From Peribacillus kribbensis DSM 17871 (GTDB lineage Bacteria; Bacillota; Bacilli; Bacillales; DSM-1321), in assembly GCF_000430765.1 (NCBI RefSeq), contig NZ_AUMQ01000029.1, positions 36,551-60,550 on the forward strand: DNA of 24,000 nucleotides, given 5' to 3'. The position numbers were made by a program, and so were the translations under genes. Below the pieces are notes generated by a model, which was not told the origin of the DNA, did not search any database, and worked only from the letters and a program-made list of their open reading frames with translations. This document shows, piece by piece, positions 6,975-16,668 of the stretch. Within the stretch, counting starts at the first letter, position 1. Each line of letters opens with the position of its first letter.

Positions 6975-8720
6975 TTACCCTCCATGCTCCACAAGCTCTT
7001 CAAGCTGCTGCTGTATATACATTGCTTTATACCAGCCATCCTTTTTCATCAAGGATTCATGGGTGCCCTGTTCAATGATTTCTCCATCATCAAGGACGAT
7101 GATTAACTCTGCATGCTGAATGGCACTTAACCTGTGGGCAGTAATAATTGTCGTTTTTCCTGCCCGGTTTTCCTTCAAATTCCCAAGAATAATTTCTTCC
7201 GTCTTGGCATCTACGGCAGAAAGTGAATCATCCAGGATCAAAACTTCAGGTTCAGTGATTAATGCCCTGGCAATCGAAATCCGCTGCTTCTGCCCCCCTG
7301 AGAGGGATACTCCTCTTTCGCCTACGATGGTTTCATATCCATCCGGGAATTGCAGGATATCTTCATGGATATAGGCGCTTTTCGCTGCGCCGATGACCTG
7401 TTCATAAGAAGCCTCCGAGGAGGCAAAAGCAATATTATCGGCAACCGTCGCCGAAAATAGAAAATGATCCTGAGGAACATAGCCGATGGATTTCCGGAGC
7501 GCTTCAAGCGTGAAGTCGCTGAGCTTATGTCCGCCAAAGCTGATTTCTCCCTGGATCCCATCGAATTCCCGAATGAGGAGCTTTAAAAGCGTCGTTTTTC
7601 CTGACCCTGTCCTTCCTACGATTCCAAGCGTATCCCCGGGTCTTAAGATAAAGTGGATATTTATTAGTACTGGAGAATCCTCATTCGGATAATAAAAGGA
7701 ATCAATATCATATTGAATGGCTCCCCGTGCCTCGGGAACAACGGAATGCTCCGGCTCTGAAATATCTATTTTTTCTGCCATCAGCGCCATTACTCTGTCA
7801 TAGGAGGCCCTTCCTCTTTCTACGATATTAAAAAGCCAGCCAAAGGCAAGCATGGGCCATATCAAAAGTCCCAGATAGGTCGTGAAAGAGACTAAATCAC
7901 CTATGGACAGGCTGCCTTCAATCACATATTTTGAGCCAAAGGAAACAGAAAGAAAGAAGGAAACAGCGACGATGATGGAAATGGTAGGATCAAATAATGA
8001 GTCGATTCTGGCTACTGTCATATTTTTAGTAACCACATCCTCTGACTGCTTCCTGAACGCCTCAATATCCTCTCTTTCCTGTCCGAAGGTCTTAATGACT
8101 TTAATCCCATTGATGCTTTCCTGAGTTTTATCATTCAGGCTCGAGAATGCCTCCTGTGCCTTATGGAAGCTCTTATGGAGAAGCGAGCCGTAATAACTCG
8201 TTAAATACGCCATCACCGGCATAGGAATCAGGCAGATAAGAGTCAGCTTCCAGCTGATAAAAGCCATGGCGATAATCACAGTACCGCCTGTTGTCAGCGA
8301 GTCTACCAGTGTTAATACCCCGGAGCCTGCAGTCTGCTGGATGGCCTGGAGGTCATTCGTGGCATGCGCCATTAAATCGCCGATTCTTCTTCTCTGATAA
8401 AAGCCCTGTGACATCTTCGTAAAGTGATCATACAGAGAATTTCTCATCTGTCTGGCCAGCCTGACAGCAGATCCGAAAATCATAATTCTCCAATAATAAC
8501 GCAAAACATACATTCCAAGAGCCGCTACTGCCAGGAGTCCGAGCCACTTATACAGATCTTCAGTTTTAAAGGTCCCCTTTTCAATTAAATCAACCACTAT
8601 GCCGATAACCCTCGGCGGAATCAGCTGAAGCAGGGCCACAAAAACCAGCATCACTACCCCAGTCAGGTAGGCTCTCCTTTCCTGTTTAAAAAACCATTTT
8701 AAATCTAGGAATAACTTCAT
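6975..8720 (-). CDS. ABC exporter half-transporter (TMD-NBD), chain 1 of a heterodimer; catalytic Glu replaced by Asp
   Basis: 581-aa ORF with GGAGGA 7 nt upstream of the ATG. Motifs: Walker A GRTGSGKT, canonical signature LSGGQKQR, Walker B VLILDDS (Asp where the catalytic Glu normally follows), H-loop TAHRL. Confidence 0.9.
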   Translation of the reverse strand: MKLFLDLKWFFKQERRAYLTGVVMLVFVALLQLIPPRVIGIVVDLIEKGTFKTEDLYKWLGLLAVAALGMYVLRYYWRIMIFGSAVRLARQMRNSLYDHFTKMSQGFYQRRRIGDLMAHATNDLQAIQQTAGSGVLTLVDSLTTGGTVIIAMAFISWKLTLICLIPMPVMAYLTSYYGSLLHKSFHKAQEAFSSLNDKTQESINGIKVIKTFGQEREDIEAFRKQSEDVVTKNMTVARIDSLFDPTISIIVAVSFFLSVSFGSKYVIEGSLSIGDLVSFTTYLGLLIWPMLAFGWLFNIVERGRASYDRVMALMAEKIDISEPEHSVVPEARGAIQYDIDSFYYPNEDSPVLINIHFILRPGDTLGIVGRTGSGKTTLLKLLIREFDGIQGEISFGGHKLSDFTLEALRKSIGYVPQDHFLFSATVADNIAFASSEASYEQVIGAAKSAYIHEDILQFPDGYETIVGERGVSLSGGQKQRISIARALITEPEVLILDDSLSAVDAKTEEIILGNLKENRAGKTTIITAHRLSAIQHAELIIVLDDGEIIEQGTHESLMKKDGWYKAMYIQQQLEELVEHGG

Positions 8721-8825
8721 CTTGGTTTCCTCCGCTGCTTAACAATTCATCATTCGCCTAACTAGTGTACCAAAGTTTTCCTGTGCCAAAAAGAAATTAT
8801 TAGGAATTTTGGAAATTTTTTAAAT

Positions 8826-8842
8826 TGGCAGATTGTTTGCCA
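8826..8842. promoter_or_regulatory. Palindrome TGGCA-N7-TGCCA upstream of the ABC operon (operator candidate; sigma-54-like GG-N10-GC spacing)
   Basis: Plus strand reads TGGCAGATTGTTTGCCA. It lies about 110-120 nt upstream of the ABC chain-1 ATG. Confidence 0.3.
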
Positions 8843-8870
8843 GACTGTGTATATACATGACCCTAAAATA

Positions 8871-8905
8871 AAAAGCCACTTTTCGATAATGGAAAAGTGG
8901 CTTTT
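8871..8905 (-). terminator. Terminator of yneF
   Basis: A 14-bp perfect stem, AAAAGCCACTTTTC / GAAAAGTGGCTTTT, is followed on the minus strand by a T-run (TTTTTATTTT). A second hairpin, AAGGCAG/CTGCCTT at 8911-8929, lies immediately upstream of it. Confidence 0.8.
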
Positions 8906-8949
8906 CTTAGAAGGCAGAGTTTCTGCCTTTATAAAAATACAAATGAAAC

Positions 8950-9162
8950 TTATTTCATTTGTTTATTCATTGCGCTCATCATTTGATTAATTTTCTTCTG
9001 AGATGGCTTCATACCCATTTGCATCATCATCATTTTGAGCATTTGTTCGTTAATTGGCGGATTTTTCTTCAGGTATGTCATCATATAGCGACGTGCTATG
9101 AAAAATCCTAGTGCTACTCCGACGATCAGCGCCAGAATACCAACTAGTATTGTTGCCCACAT
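8950..9162 (-). CDS. yneF: UPF0154 small membrane protein YneF
   Basis: 70 aa with AAGGAGG 7 nt upstream. It has a single N-terminal TM segment ([22 protein letters not shown]) and a Met/Lys/Gln-rich tail, and its position matches B. subtilis yneF. Confidence 0.85.
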   Translation of the reverse strand: MWATILVGILALIVGVALGFFIARRYMMTYLKKNPPINEQMLKMMMMQMGMKPSQKKINQMMSAMNKQMK

Positions 9163-9213
9163 ACTATTTCCTCCTTCATGTTGTCTACCCTTAGTCTACT
9201 TGACCAAGGGTTA

Positions 9214-9687
9214 TTATACAATATCCGAATAATAATTTCCTTCTTTTAAGCGAAATTTTCTTTCTTTAATCGGTTTCAGCCAGCCATATCGGCGATTGCT
9301 GAGATCCAGCGCAAGGAAACTGGATTCCATTTTCCGCAGGCATTCAAAAAATTCCGTCTCCGCCTCAAGTGTTCCCCTTGATTCAATCTTTATTTCATGA
9401 TCATTGGCAGCCAAAATCGCACTGCTTTGACCATCATTTTTCTCAATGGAATATACCCTTTTTCCCCCTGAAAATTCCTTATGATTCCGGATATGCTGAT
9501 CCAGCACCCTTTGCAGACGCAGCAGGTTAAAGGGCTTGGTTATGAATTGAATTTGTTTTTGAAGAATCTCTCTTAATTCACCGGATGATTGGGAGTAATC
9601 TAAAAACAGGTTGTACAACATACGCTCACGGCCAAAGTAATGTCTTGCTACATCATCTTCTATCAAATATAAGTCGTATATTCTCAC
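9214..9687 (-). CDS. sirA: Sporulation inhibitor of replication SirA (YneE)
   Basis: It aligns by eye to B. subtilis SirA (HYFGRE, ITKPF, AETEFFECLRK, RYGWLKPIKERKF). The start is probably GTG 9687, with GGAG 8 nt upstream, which matches the B. subtilis N-terminus length. The longest ORF reaches ATG 9705. Confidence 0.8.
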   Translation of the reverse strand: MRIYDLYLIEDDVARHYFGRERMLYNLFLDYSQSSGELREILQKQIQFITKPFNLLRLQRVLDQHIRNHKEFSGGKRVYSIEKNDGQSSAILAANDHEIKIESRGTLEAETEFFECLRKMESSFLALDLSNRRYGWLKPIKERKFRLKEGNYYSDIV

Positions 9688-9778
9688 TCCAACCACTCCA
9701 ATCATATTCTCTTTTTTCTATTATATAGGCCGTAAGAAAAGAAATATGTTGATTAATGGAGAAAAATTCAGTTAGTTT

Positions 9779-9785
9779 TGTCGAA
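9779..9785 (+). promoter_or_regulatory. Spo0A box (TGTCGAA) upstream of sirA
   Basis: This is an exact 0A-box heptamer, about 55-60 bp upstream of a TATAAT (minus strand, 9727-9722) that has a poor -35. That layout fits a Spo0A-activated promoter. Confidence 0.45.
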
Positions 9786-9922
9786 ACTATTGATTTTACT
9801 AAGGATTATCTCCTGAAGCCAGAACATCTGAACCGGTGCTAGATACAATTATAGTACTAATATCCATTACCTGACCTTCTGAAACTTCTTTTCAAAATAG
9901 CAGAGCAGCTGGAGCTCGAGAA

Positions 9923-9990
9923 TAAAAAACTGCCTCCAAGAAAACCAGCCGATCCTGTATAGGGAAAAAGGCTGATACTTTAGAGACAGT
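9923..9990 (-). terminator. Compound terminator downstream of tkt
   Basis: On the minus strand, an outer 9-bp stem ACUGUCUCU / UGGAGGCAGU encloses an inner AUCAGCC / GGCUGGU stem. It is followed by UUUUUUAUU and starts 12 nt after the tkt stop. Confidence 0.6.
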
Positions 9991-10001
9991 GTTTACGATG
10001 A

Positions 10002-12011
10002 TTATTTGTTTTGAAGAAGGCCTTTCACTTTGGATACTACATTATCAACGGTAAAGCCATATTCTTCAATTACTTTTCCACCAGCAGCAGATGCACCGAA
10101 TTTATCAATTCCAAGCACATCCCCGCCATCTCCCACATATTTATGCCAGCCGAAGGAAGATCCCATTTCAATCGCAAGGCGTGCTTTTACAGCTGGAGAA
10201 ATAACGCTCTGCTTATATTCTTTGGACTGCATTTCGAACAGATCCATGGACGGCATGCTGACCACTGAAGCCTGAATTCCTTCTTCAGCCAGCTTCTGCT
10301 GGGCCTTAACAGCAAGATGAACCTCTGAACCTGTAGCAATCAACAGGGCATCTGGCTGTTCTTTGCCGGCTGGTGAAATGATATAAGCACCTCTTCTGAC
10401 ACCTTCTGCTGCATTTTTGTCCGTATCCTTCATGGTAGGAAGGCCCTGCCTTGTCAGTACAAGCGCTGTCGGGCGGTCTTTACTTTCCACTGCCACCCTC
10501 CAGGCCGCAGCTACTTCATTGCCGTCAGCCGGTCTAATGATCGTGAGCAGCGGAGTGGATCTCAAGGATGCAAGCTGCTCGATCGGCTCATGGGTAGGCC
10601 CGTCCTCACCGACCGCAATGCTGTCATGTGTGAATACATATGTTACCGGGAGGCCCATCAAAGCTGCCAGGCGGATTGCAGGGCGCAGGTAATCTGAGAA
10701 TACAAAGAATGTACCGCCGAATACTTTTAGACCGCCGTGAAGGGCCATGCCATTCATGGCTGCTCCCATTCCAAATTCCCTTACTCCAAACCATATATTG
10801 CGTCCTTCATACTCGTCGGCAGAGAAATCGCCAGAATCCTTAATGCCAGTATTATTGGAACCTTGAAGGTCTGCAGAACCGCCGACCAAGTATGGAACCT
10901 GCTTCGCAATTCCGTTTAACACTTCCCCGCTTGAAGCACGGCTTGCAAGGGACTTTCCTTCTTCGTAAATAGGGATGGATTGATCCCAATTCTCCGGAAG
11001 ATCTCCTTTTATGGCCTGCTCGAGCTGTGCAGCAAGCTCTGGGTTCGCTTTTTTATAATCGCCGAACATCCTGTTCCATTCTTCCTCTTTTTTCATTCCA
11101 GCATTTACAATCGTTTCTTCGAAATGAGCATAGACCTCTTCAGGAACATAAAAGTCTTCTTCAAATGTCCATTTATAGAATTCTTTTGTCAGTTTCATTT
11201 CATCCTCACCAAGCGGTGCCCCATGAACCTTGGAAGTACCGGAACGGTTAGGAGATCCATATCCGATGATGGTTTTTACTTCGATCATCGTCGGCCTGTT
11301 CAGGTCACTTTGGGCTTCTTTGATGGCTCTTGCAACTTCCTCCACATTATTGCCGTCTTCAACCCTGATATACTGCCAGCCGTAGCCTTTATATCGCTGC
11401 TCAACACTTTCAGTCATAGATTTATCCAATTTGCCGTCAAGAGAAATATCATTGGAATCGTATAAAACGACAAGACGTCCCAGCTTCAGGTGGCCAGCCA
11501 GTGAAGAAGCCTCAGCAGAAACACCCTCCATTAAATCACCGTCGCCGCATATGGCGTATGTGAAATGGTTGACTACTTCATACTGATCCTTATTATACGT
11601 GGAAGCTAGATGACGCTCAGCCATTGCCATCCCGACAGCCATTGCGATACCCTGTCCCAGCGGACCTGTTGTTGCCTCCACTCCTCTGGTATGCTTATAT
11701 TCCGGATGCCCGGGAGTTTTGCTGCCCCATTGGCGGAAGCCCTTCAAGTCATCGATTGTCAGTCCATACCCCGCTAAATGAAGCAGACTGTATAACAGCA
11801 TGGAGCCGTGGCCAGCAGATAACACAAAACGGTCTCTGTTGAACCAGTCCGGATTCTTTGGATTGTGATTCATAAATTGCGTCCATAATGTGTAAGCCAT
11901 AGGAGCTGCGCCCATTGGCAATCCTGGATGACCTGAGTTTGCTTTTTCAATGGCATCAATCGATAGTGTACGAATCGTATTAATAGAAAGTGCATCAATT
12001 TTTTCCATCAT
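10002..12011 (-). CDS. tkt: Transketolase
   Basis: 669-aa ORF. The N-terminus reads [21 protein letters not shown], the TPP-binding motif is GDGDLMEG, and similarity to B. subtilis Tkt extends over the full length. Confidence 0.97.
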   Translation of the reverse strand: MMEKIDALSINTIRTLSIDAIEKANSGHPGLPMGAAPMAYTLWTQFMNHNPKNPDWFNRDRFVLSAGHGSMLLYSLLHLAGYGLTIDDLKGFRQWGSKTPGHPEYKHTRGVEATTGPLGQGIAMAVGMAMAERHLASTYNKDQYEVVNHFTYAICGDGDLMEGVSAEASSLAGHLKLGRLVVLYDSNDISLDGKLDKSMTESVEQRYKGYGWQYIRVEDGNNVEEVARAIKEAQSDLNRPTMIEVKTIIGYGSPNRSGTSKVHGAPLGEDEMKLTKEFYKWTFEEDFYVPEEVYAHFEETIVNAGMKKEEEWNRMFGDYKKANPELAAQLEQAIKGDLPENWDQSIPIYEEGKSLASRASSGEVLNGIAKQVPYLVGGSADLQGSNNTGIKDSGDFSADEYEGRNIWFGVREFGMGAAMNGMALHGGLKVFGGTFFVFSDYLRPAIRLAALMGLPVTYVFTHDSIAVGEDGPTHEPIEQLASLRSTPLLTIIRPADGNEVAAAWRVAVESKDRPTALVLTRQGLPTMKDTDKNAAEGVRRGAYIISPAGKEQPDALLIATGSEVHLAVKAQQKLAEEGIQASVVSMPSMDLFEMQSKEYKQSVISPAVKARLAIEMGSSFGWHKYVGDGGDVLGIDKFGASAAGGKVIEEYGFTVDNVVSKVKGLLQNK

Positions 12012-12140
12012 TTTGTAACTCTTCCTCCAATATGTAAATTTTTATTTCTTTTAATATTATAGTGCCTAAAATCGAAAAACAAATAATATCCCCTGAACTA
12101 AGTAATTACCCTTTTTAGCAGCTCATTAAAAGTTATTTTG

Positions 12141-12178
12141 CGTAAAAAAAAAGAATACATTCACTATGCATTCTTTTT
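12141..12178 (-). terminator. Terminator of the yneA-yneB-ynzC operon
   Basis: AAGAATACAT / ATGCATTCTT stem (9 of 10 bp), followed on the minus strand by a run of nine T. Confidence 0.75.
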
Positions 12179-12217
12179 TATGGATGAAATCCACTGTATA
12201 TTAATCAAGGATATACC

Positions 12218-12451
12218 TTAATGAATCTTCTTATTGGCCTTGATTCTTTTTAGTTTTTCCGGGGTCACATCGTTTCCTTCCGGGTCGATCACTGTAACAT
12301 TTTCAAGTGTATTGGCCATGGAGCTTCTAAACGTCTCTAGATATTCCCTCCGAAGCTTTGACTGTTCTCTTGCTTCTTCGGCAGTGAGGCTGTTTTCCTT
12401 TGCTTTTTTGGCTAATTGATTAATTCTTGCAAGCTTTTCTTTTGAAACCAT
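12218..12451 (-). CDS. ynzC: DUF896 protein YnzC
   Basis: ATG 12451 has GGAGAT 6 nt upstream; the track ORF extends to 12505. The sequence MVSKEKLARINQLAKKAKENSLTAEEAREQSKLRREYLETFR is typical of the YnzC/UPF0291 family. It is the third gene of the SOS operon, as in B. subtilis. Confidence 0.85.
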   Translation of the reverse strand: MVSKEKLARINQLAKKAKENSLTAEEAREQSKLRREYLETFRSSMANTLENVTVIDPEGNDVTPEKLKRIKANKKIH

Positions 12452-12516
12452 ATTTAAATCTCCTTCATTGTAAGTCCTTTTACAATGGTATAAAAATTGC
12501 TCCAAAATAACAAGCT

Positions 12517-13200
<684 letters not shown>

Positions 13201-13228
13201 CTAGATTCCTAATGTACCAGATCGGCCT

Positions 13229-13534
13229 TTAAAAATCACTTGCAAGTACTCCCGTATCTTCCTTGATGGTTGATGGCACAATCAGTTTGTCACCTGCCCG
13301 GATCATTCCATTTTCAAGCTTATTGTGCTCCTGGATCCATCCGACCAGTTTTTCCTGGGGAAGCTTGTCCGTTTTAAATCTTTGGGCAATCGTCCATACC
13401 GTATCGCCTTCAGCCACTGTAACTGTCGTTTGTTTAATGGGTTCTTCGGTTTTATGCAGGGAAATCAGGGAGAAGACAATAATGCTAAGCAGGAATAATA
13501 GAGTATAAGGGTATTTTTTGCAAAGTTTTTTCAT
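13229..13534 (-). CDS. yneA: SOS-induced cell-division suppressor YneA (TM + LysM)
   Basis: ATG 13534 has GGGAGGA 8 nt upstream; the track starts at TTG 13540. It has an N-terminal TM segment and a LysM domain (TVAEGDTVWTIAQRF...IRAGDKLIVP). It is divergent from lexA. Confidence 0.88.
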   Translation of the reverse strand: MKKLCKKYPYTLLFLLSIIVFSLISLHKTEEPIKQTTVTVAEGDTVWTIAQRFKTDKLPQEKLVGWIQEHNKLENGMIRAGDKLIVPSTIKEDTGVLASDF

Positions 13535-13547
13535 TTTCAAATCCTCC

Positions 13548-13561
13548 CGAATGTTTGTTCG
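13548..13561. promoter_or_regulatory. LexA (Cheo/SOS) box 1
   Basis: CGAATGTTTGTTCG, compared with the consensus CGAAC-N4-GTTCG. It lies in the early transcribed region of yneA. Confidence 0.8.
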
Positions 13562-13571
13562 ATTTACCTTG

Positions 13572-13601
13572 ATTATAAGACGAACGTTTGTTTTGTGTCA
13601 A
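13572..13601 (-). promoter_or_regulatory. yneA operon sigma-A promoter
   Basis: Minus strand reads TTGACA (13601-13596), an 18-nt spacer, then TATAAT (13577-13572). LexA box 2 lies inside the spacer. Confidence 0.75.
13581..13594. promoter_or_regulatory. LexA box 2
   Basis: CGAACGTTTGTTTT: a perfect left half-site and a partial right half-site. It lies inside the yneA promoter spacer. Confidence 0.7.
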
Positions 13602-13610
13602 CAAAATATT

Positions 13611-13624
13611 CGAACTTATGTTTG
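13611..13624. promoter_or_regulatory. LexA box 3
   Basis: CGAACTTATGTTTG. It overlaps the lexA -35 region. Confidence 0.7.
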
Positions 13625-13650
13625 TATCAGTATTCCTTACATGGTATAAT
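13622..13650 (+). promoter_or_regulatory. lexA promoter (extended -10)
   Basis: TTGTAT (13622-13627), a 17-nt spacer ending in TGG, then TATAAT (13645-13650), giving an extended -10 of the form TGnTATAAT. Confidence 0.7.
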
Positions 13651-13657
13651 CAGGACA

Positions 13658-13671
13658 AGAACATTTATATG
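13658..13671. promoter_or_regulatory. Weak fourth LexA-like box
   Basis: AGAACATTTATATG retains only the left GAAC half-site. It lies just downstream of the lexA -10. Confidence 0.35.
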
Positions 13672-13688
13672 ATAGGGTGCGTGAGAAA

Positions 13689-14312
13689 ATGACTAAACTT
13701 TCGAAAAGGCAGCTCGATATTCTGGATTTTATCAAGCGGGAGGTTAAATCGAAGGGCTATCCGCCGAGCGTCAGGGAAATCGGGGAAGCTGTAGGGCTTG
13801 CTTCAAGCTCAACCGTACATGGGCATCTGGCCAGGCTGGAAAGCAAAGGGCTGATCAGAAGGGATCCTACTAAGCCAAGGGCCATCGAGATCCTGGAAAT
13901 TGATGAGGCTTCCCATATACCAAAAAGCAATGTTGTGAACGTTCCCCTCCTTGGTAAGGTCACAGCAGGGCTCCCGATTACTGCAATCGAGAACATCGAA
14001 GAATATTTCCCGCTTCCTGAGCATCTCGTTCCGCATGATGATCATGTATTTATGCTCGAGATTATGGGTGACAGTATGATCGAAGCCGGCATCCATGATG
14101 GCGATAATGTAATTGTCCGCCAGCAGAAAACGGCTAATAATGGAGATATCGTCGTAGCTATGACAGATGAGGATGAGGCTACAGTAAAAAGATTCTTTAA
14201 GGAAAAAGACTTCTTCCGCCTTCAGCCTGAAAACTCCTCCATGGAACCGATCATCCTCCAGAATGTGACCATCCTGGGCAAAGTGATCGGTCTGTACAGA
14301 CAGATCCACTGA
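13689..14312 (+). CDS. lexA: SOS repressor LexA
   Basis: [51 protein letters not shown] is nearly identical to the B. subtilis LexA N-terminus. The Ala-Gly cleavage site is in VTAGLP, and the Ser/Lys dyad is present (GDSM, VKRF). The track ORF starts at upstream GTG 13677. Confidence 0.97.
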   Translation: MTKLSKRQLDILDFIKREVKSKGYPPSVREIGEAVGLASSSTVHGHLARLESKGLIRRDPTKPRAIEILEIDEASHIPKSNVVNVPLLGKVTAGLPITAIENIEEYFPLPEHLVPHDDHVFMLEIMGDSMIEAGIHDGDNVIVRQQKTANNGDIVVAMTDEDEATVKRFFKEKDFFRLQPENSSMEPIILQNVTILGKVIGLYRQIH

Positions 14313-14334
14313 TGGTCCAATAGCTTCATATATT

Positions 14335-14368
14335 AAAAGAACCTTTTCATCGATGAAAAGGTTCTTTT
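14335..14368. terminator. Bidirectional terminator after lexA
   Basis: A perfect 34-nt palindrome, AAAAGAACCTTTTCATC / GATGAAAAGGTTCTTTT, followed by TTTTTT. Confidence 0.85.
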
Positions 14369-14680
14369 TTCGAATGATAATGGTCATCCTCTAAAAACGC
14401 CCTGATAATTGCTGCGAATTTCTCCGGCTCTTCCGGGTGAAGATAATGGGCACTCTCCGAAAATAGTTCAAATTTAGCAGACTCAAGGTTCCTATACACA
14501 TCCCTTGCCATTTCCAGGCCGGTATTGCAGTCATACAGCCCTGCAGCCGCGGTATGCTCGAGAATCCATTGATGCCCGCCGGCCTCCATGAATGGCCAGG
14601 ATAGGGTGCATCACGGTACTTTCTCCCTTTATCCAGTGCATGACACCGTTCACTTCTATCATCTTCTCTTCTTTTCTCAT
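14347..14680 (-). pseudogene. Decayed alpha/beta-hydrolase (HGGPG-type) relic with internal deletion and frameshift
   Basis: ATG 14680 is preceded by GGAAGGGG and opens MRKEEKMIEVNGVMHWIKGESTVMHPILAIHGG, a typical hydrolase N-terminus. That frame dies at 14531. A different frame (14589-14347) encodes a typical C-terminus (AGLYDCNTGLEMARDVYRNLESAKFELFSESAHYLHPEEPEKFAAIIRAFL) with the catalytic-His region. The ~170-200 aa core, including the GxSxG nucleophile elbow, is absent. Confidence 0.6.
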
Positions 14681-14810
14681 GGCTTTCCCCTTCCATTATA
14701 GAAAGACGCCTGATAAAAACTGACTATATTTATTTTATTTCCAAGTTAAGTTTCAACGGCCCCAGGAAAACTACATCAGATCAAAAGGTGTACGTCCTTG
14801 AAAACAGACA

Positions 14811-14840
14811 AAACCCCTGATACCGCAGTATCAGGGGTTT
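14811..14840 (-). terminator. Terminator of glnA
   Basis: A 12-bp stem, AAACCCCTGATA / TATCAGGGGTTT, with loop CCGCAG, starts 10 nt after the glnA stop. U-rich tracts follow on both strands. Confidence 0.85.
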
Positions 14841-14849
14841 TTAAAGGGA

Positions 14850-16184
14850 TTAGAACATGGACATGTACTGTTCTCTTTCCCAAGGATGGACCTGTGTTCT
14901 GAACATATCCCACTCAATTTCCTTTGCTTCGATAAAGTGCTCAAGAAGGTGCTCTCCAAGGGCAGCTTTGATTACTTCATCAGATTTCAAGTTCTCGAGC
15001 GCGGCATAAAGAGTTGCTGGAAGATCCACAATTCCTTCTTCTTCACGCTCTTCCTTGCTCATAACGTAGATGTTGCGGTTTACAGGAGCTGGAGGAGTCA
15101 AATTGTTCTTAATTCCATCCAGACCAGCGCTTAATAAGGCAGCCATTGCCAAGTAAGGGTTAGCAGCAGGGTCTACGCTGCGGACCTCAACGCGTGTGCT
15201 CAGCCCTCTTGAAGCTGGGATACGGATCAACGGGCTTCTGTTACGGGCAGACCATGCCACATAACAAGGAGCTTCGTATCCAGGAACAAGGCGCTTATAC
15301 GAGTTTACCGTCGGGTTTGTAACCGCAGTGAAGTTTGGAGCGTGTTTGATGACGCCTGCAATGAACTGGCGTGCTGTTTCACTCAGCTCAAGCTCTGCAC
15401 CTGTGTCATAGAATGCATTTTCTTTTCCGCTGAACAGGGAAACGTTGCAGTGCATTCCTGAACCATTCACACCAAATAGCGGCTTCGGCATGAATGTAGC
15501 ATGCAGGCCGTGTTTACGGGCAATCGTTTTTACTACTAATTTAAACGTTTGGATATTGTCACATGCTGTAACGGCATCCGCATATTTGAAATCAATTTCA
15601 TGCTGTCCTGGAGCTACTTCATGGTGGGATGCTTCGATTTCAAAGCCCATTTCTTCAAGCTCTAGAACGATATCGCGGCGGCAGTTTTCTCCAAGATCTG
15701 TCGGGGCAAGGTCGAAGTATCCACCCTTGTCATTCAGTTCCAGTGTCGGTTCGCCTTTTTCATCTAATTTAAATAGGAAGAACTCTGGCTCAGGCCCAAG
15801 GTTGAAGTTGGTGAAGCCAAGCTCCTGCATTTCTTTAAGGATTCTTTTTAGGTTTGCACGCGGATCTCCTTCGAATGGAGTTCCATCTGGATTATAAATA
15901 TCACAGATCAAACGGGCAACTTTGCCTTTTTCCGCTGTCCAAGGGAATACGACCCATGTATCCAGGTCTGGAAATAAATACATGTCAGATTCTTCAATGC
16001 GTACAAATCCTTCAATGGAAGAACCATCAAACATCATTTTGTTATCAAGCGCTTTTCCAAGCTGGCTTGCTGGAATTTCCACGTTTTTGATTGTTCCTAG
16101 TATATCCGTAAATTGAAGGCGGATGTACTTTACATTTTCTTCTTTAGCTAAACGCTCAATGTCTTCACGAGTGTATTTTGCCAT
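14850..16184 (-). CDS. glnA: Glutamine synthetase type I
   Basis: 444 aa. [38 protein letters not shown] plus the FDGSSIEGF and NGSGMHCN motifs, with full-length similarity to B. subtilis GlnA. Confidence 0.97.
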   Translation of the reverse strand: MAKYTREDIERLAKEENVKYIRLQFTDILGTIKNVEIPASQLGKALDNKMMFDGSSIEGFVRIEESDMYLFPDLDTWVVFPWTAEKGKVARLICDIYNPDGTPFEGDPRANLKRILKEMQELGFTNFNLGPEPEFFLFKLDEKGEPTLELNDKGGYFDLAPTDLGENCRRDIVLELEEMGFEIEASHHEVAPGQHEIDFKYADAVTACDNIQTFKLVVKTIARKHGLHATFMPKPLFGVNGSGMHCNVSLFSGKENAFYDTGAELELSETARQFIAGVIKHAPNFTAVTNPTVNSYKRLVPGYEAPCYVAWSARNRSPLIRIPASRGLSTRVEVRSVDPAANPYLAMAALLSAGLDGIKNNLTPPAPVNRNIYVMSKEEREEEGIVDLPATLYAALENLKSDEVIKAALGEHLLEHFIEAKEIEWDMFRTQVHPWEREQYMSMF

Positions 16185-16234
16185 TGCTTTTTATTTCCTC
16201 CCCAAACTTTTAAATAGTGTATAAGCAGTTTATG

Positions 16235-16636
16235 TTAATGGAAAAAACGGGACATATCGCCCTGACGCAGGGAAGATCTATGCTTTCCTGCCTGCATGAG
16301 CTCGTTCCGGAGCAATTTTCTTAATTCTTGCTCTGAAAGATCCCTCTTTGCTTTTTCCTCTTGCTTAACTTCAGCCTGTGTTTCCTGTTGATGAACAACT
16401 TCTATTAATTTCTTGATTCCTGCAAGGTTTATCCCCTGCTCAAGCAATTCTTTGATTTCTAAAAGCCGGTCTATATCATTCAGCGAAAATAGACGTCGGT
16501 TTCCCTCTGTCCTTTGAGGGAAGATCAGTTCATGCTCTTCATAATATCGGATTTGGCGCGCTGACAGCTCTGTCAATTGCATTACTGATCCGATAGAAAA
16601 GATAGGCAATGAACGTCGTAACTGGCTGCCTCCCAC
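16235..16636 (-). CDS. glnR: MerR-family nitrogen regulator GlnR
   Basis: GTG start with AAGGAGG 6 nt upstream. The HTH region [37 protein letters not shown] is almost identical to B. subtilis GlnR. It lies upstream of glnA. Confidence 0.93.
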   Translation of the reverse strand: MGGSQLRRSLPIFSIGSVMQLTELSARQIRYYEEHELIFPQRTEGNRRLFSLNDIDRLLEIKELLEQGINLAGIKKLIEVVHQQETQAEVKQEEKAKRDLSEQELRKLLRNELMQAGKHRSSLRQGDMSRFFH

Positions 16637-16668
16637 CTGTTTTCCTCCTTTATGAAGTTCTTGACTTA

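Noticed and set aside
8739-8753. 4-codon mini-ORF (MMNC) just upstream of the ABC operon RBS, considered as a possible leader peptide or attenuator as in bmrB-bmrCD or erm leaders.
   Set aside because: It is too short, has a weak RBS, and no alternative terminator/antiterminator structures lie between it and the main start. It is mentioned only within the upstream-region finding.
13809-14387. 192-aa ORF antisense to lexA. Similar long antisense ORFs occur at 1121-1762 opposite the PTS gene, 5021-5509 and 6245-6640 opposite the ABC genes, 10980-11465 opposite tkt, 15445-15897 opposite glnA, 17185-17589 opposite ynbB and 18895-19269 opposite hflX.
   Set aside because: These are shadow ORFs on the opposite strand of strongly recognisable conserved genes. 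They have no RBS and low-complexity or odd composition, and the sense-strand products match well-known families.
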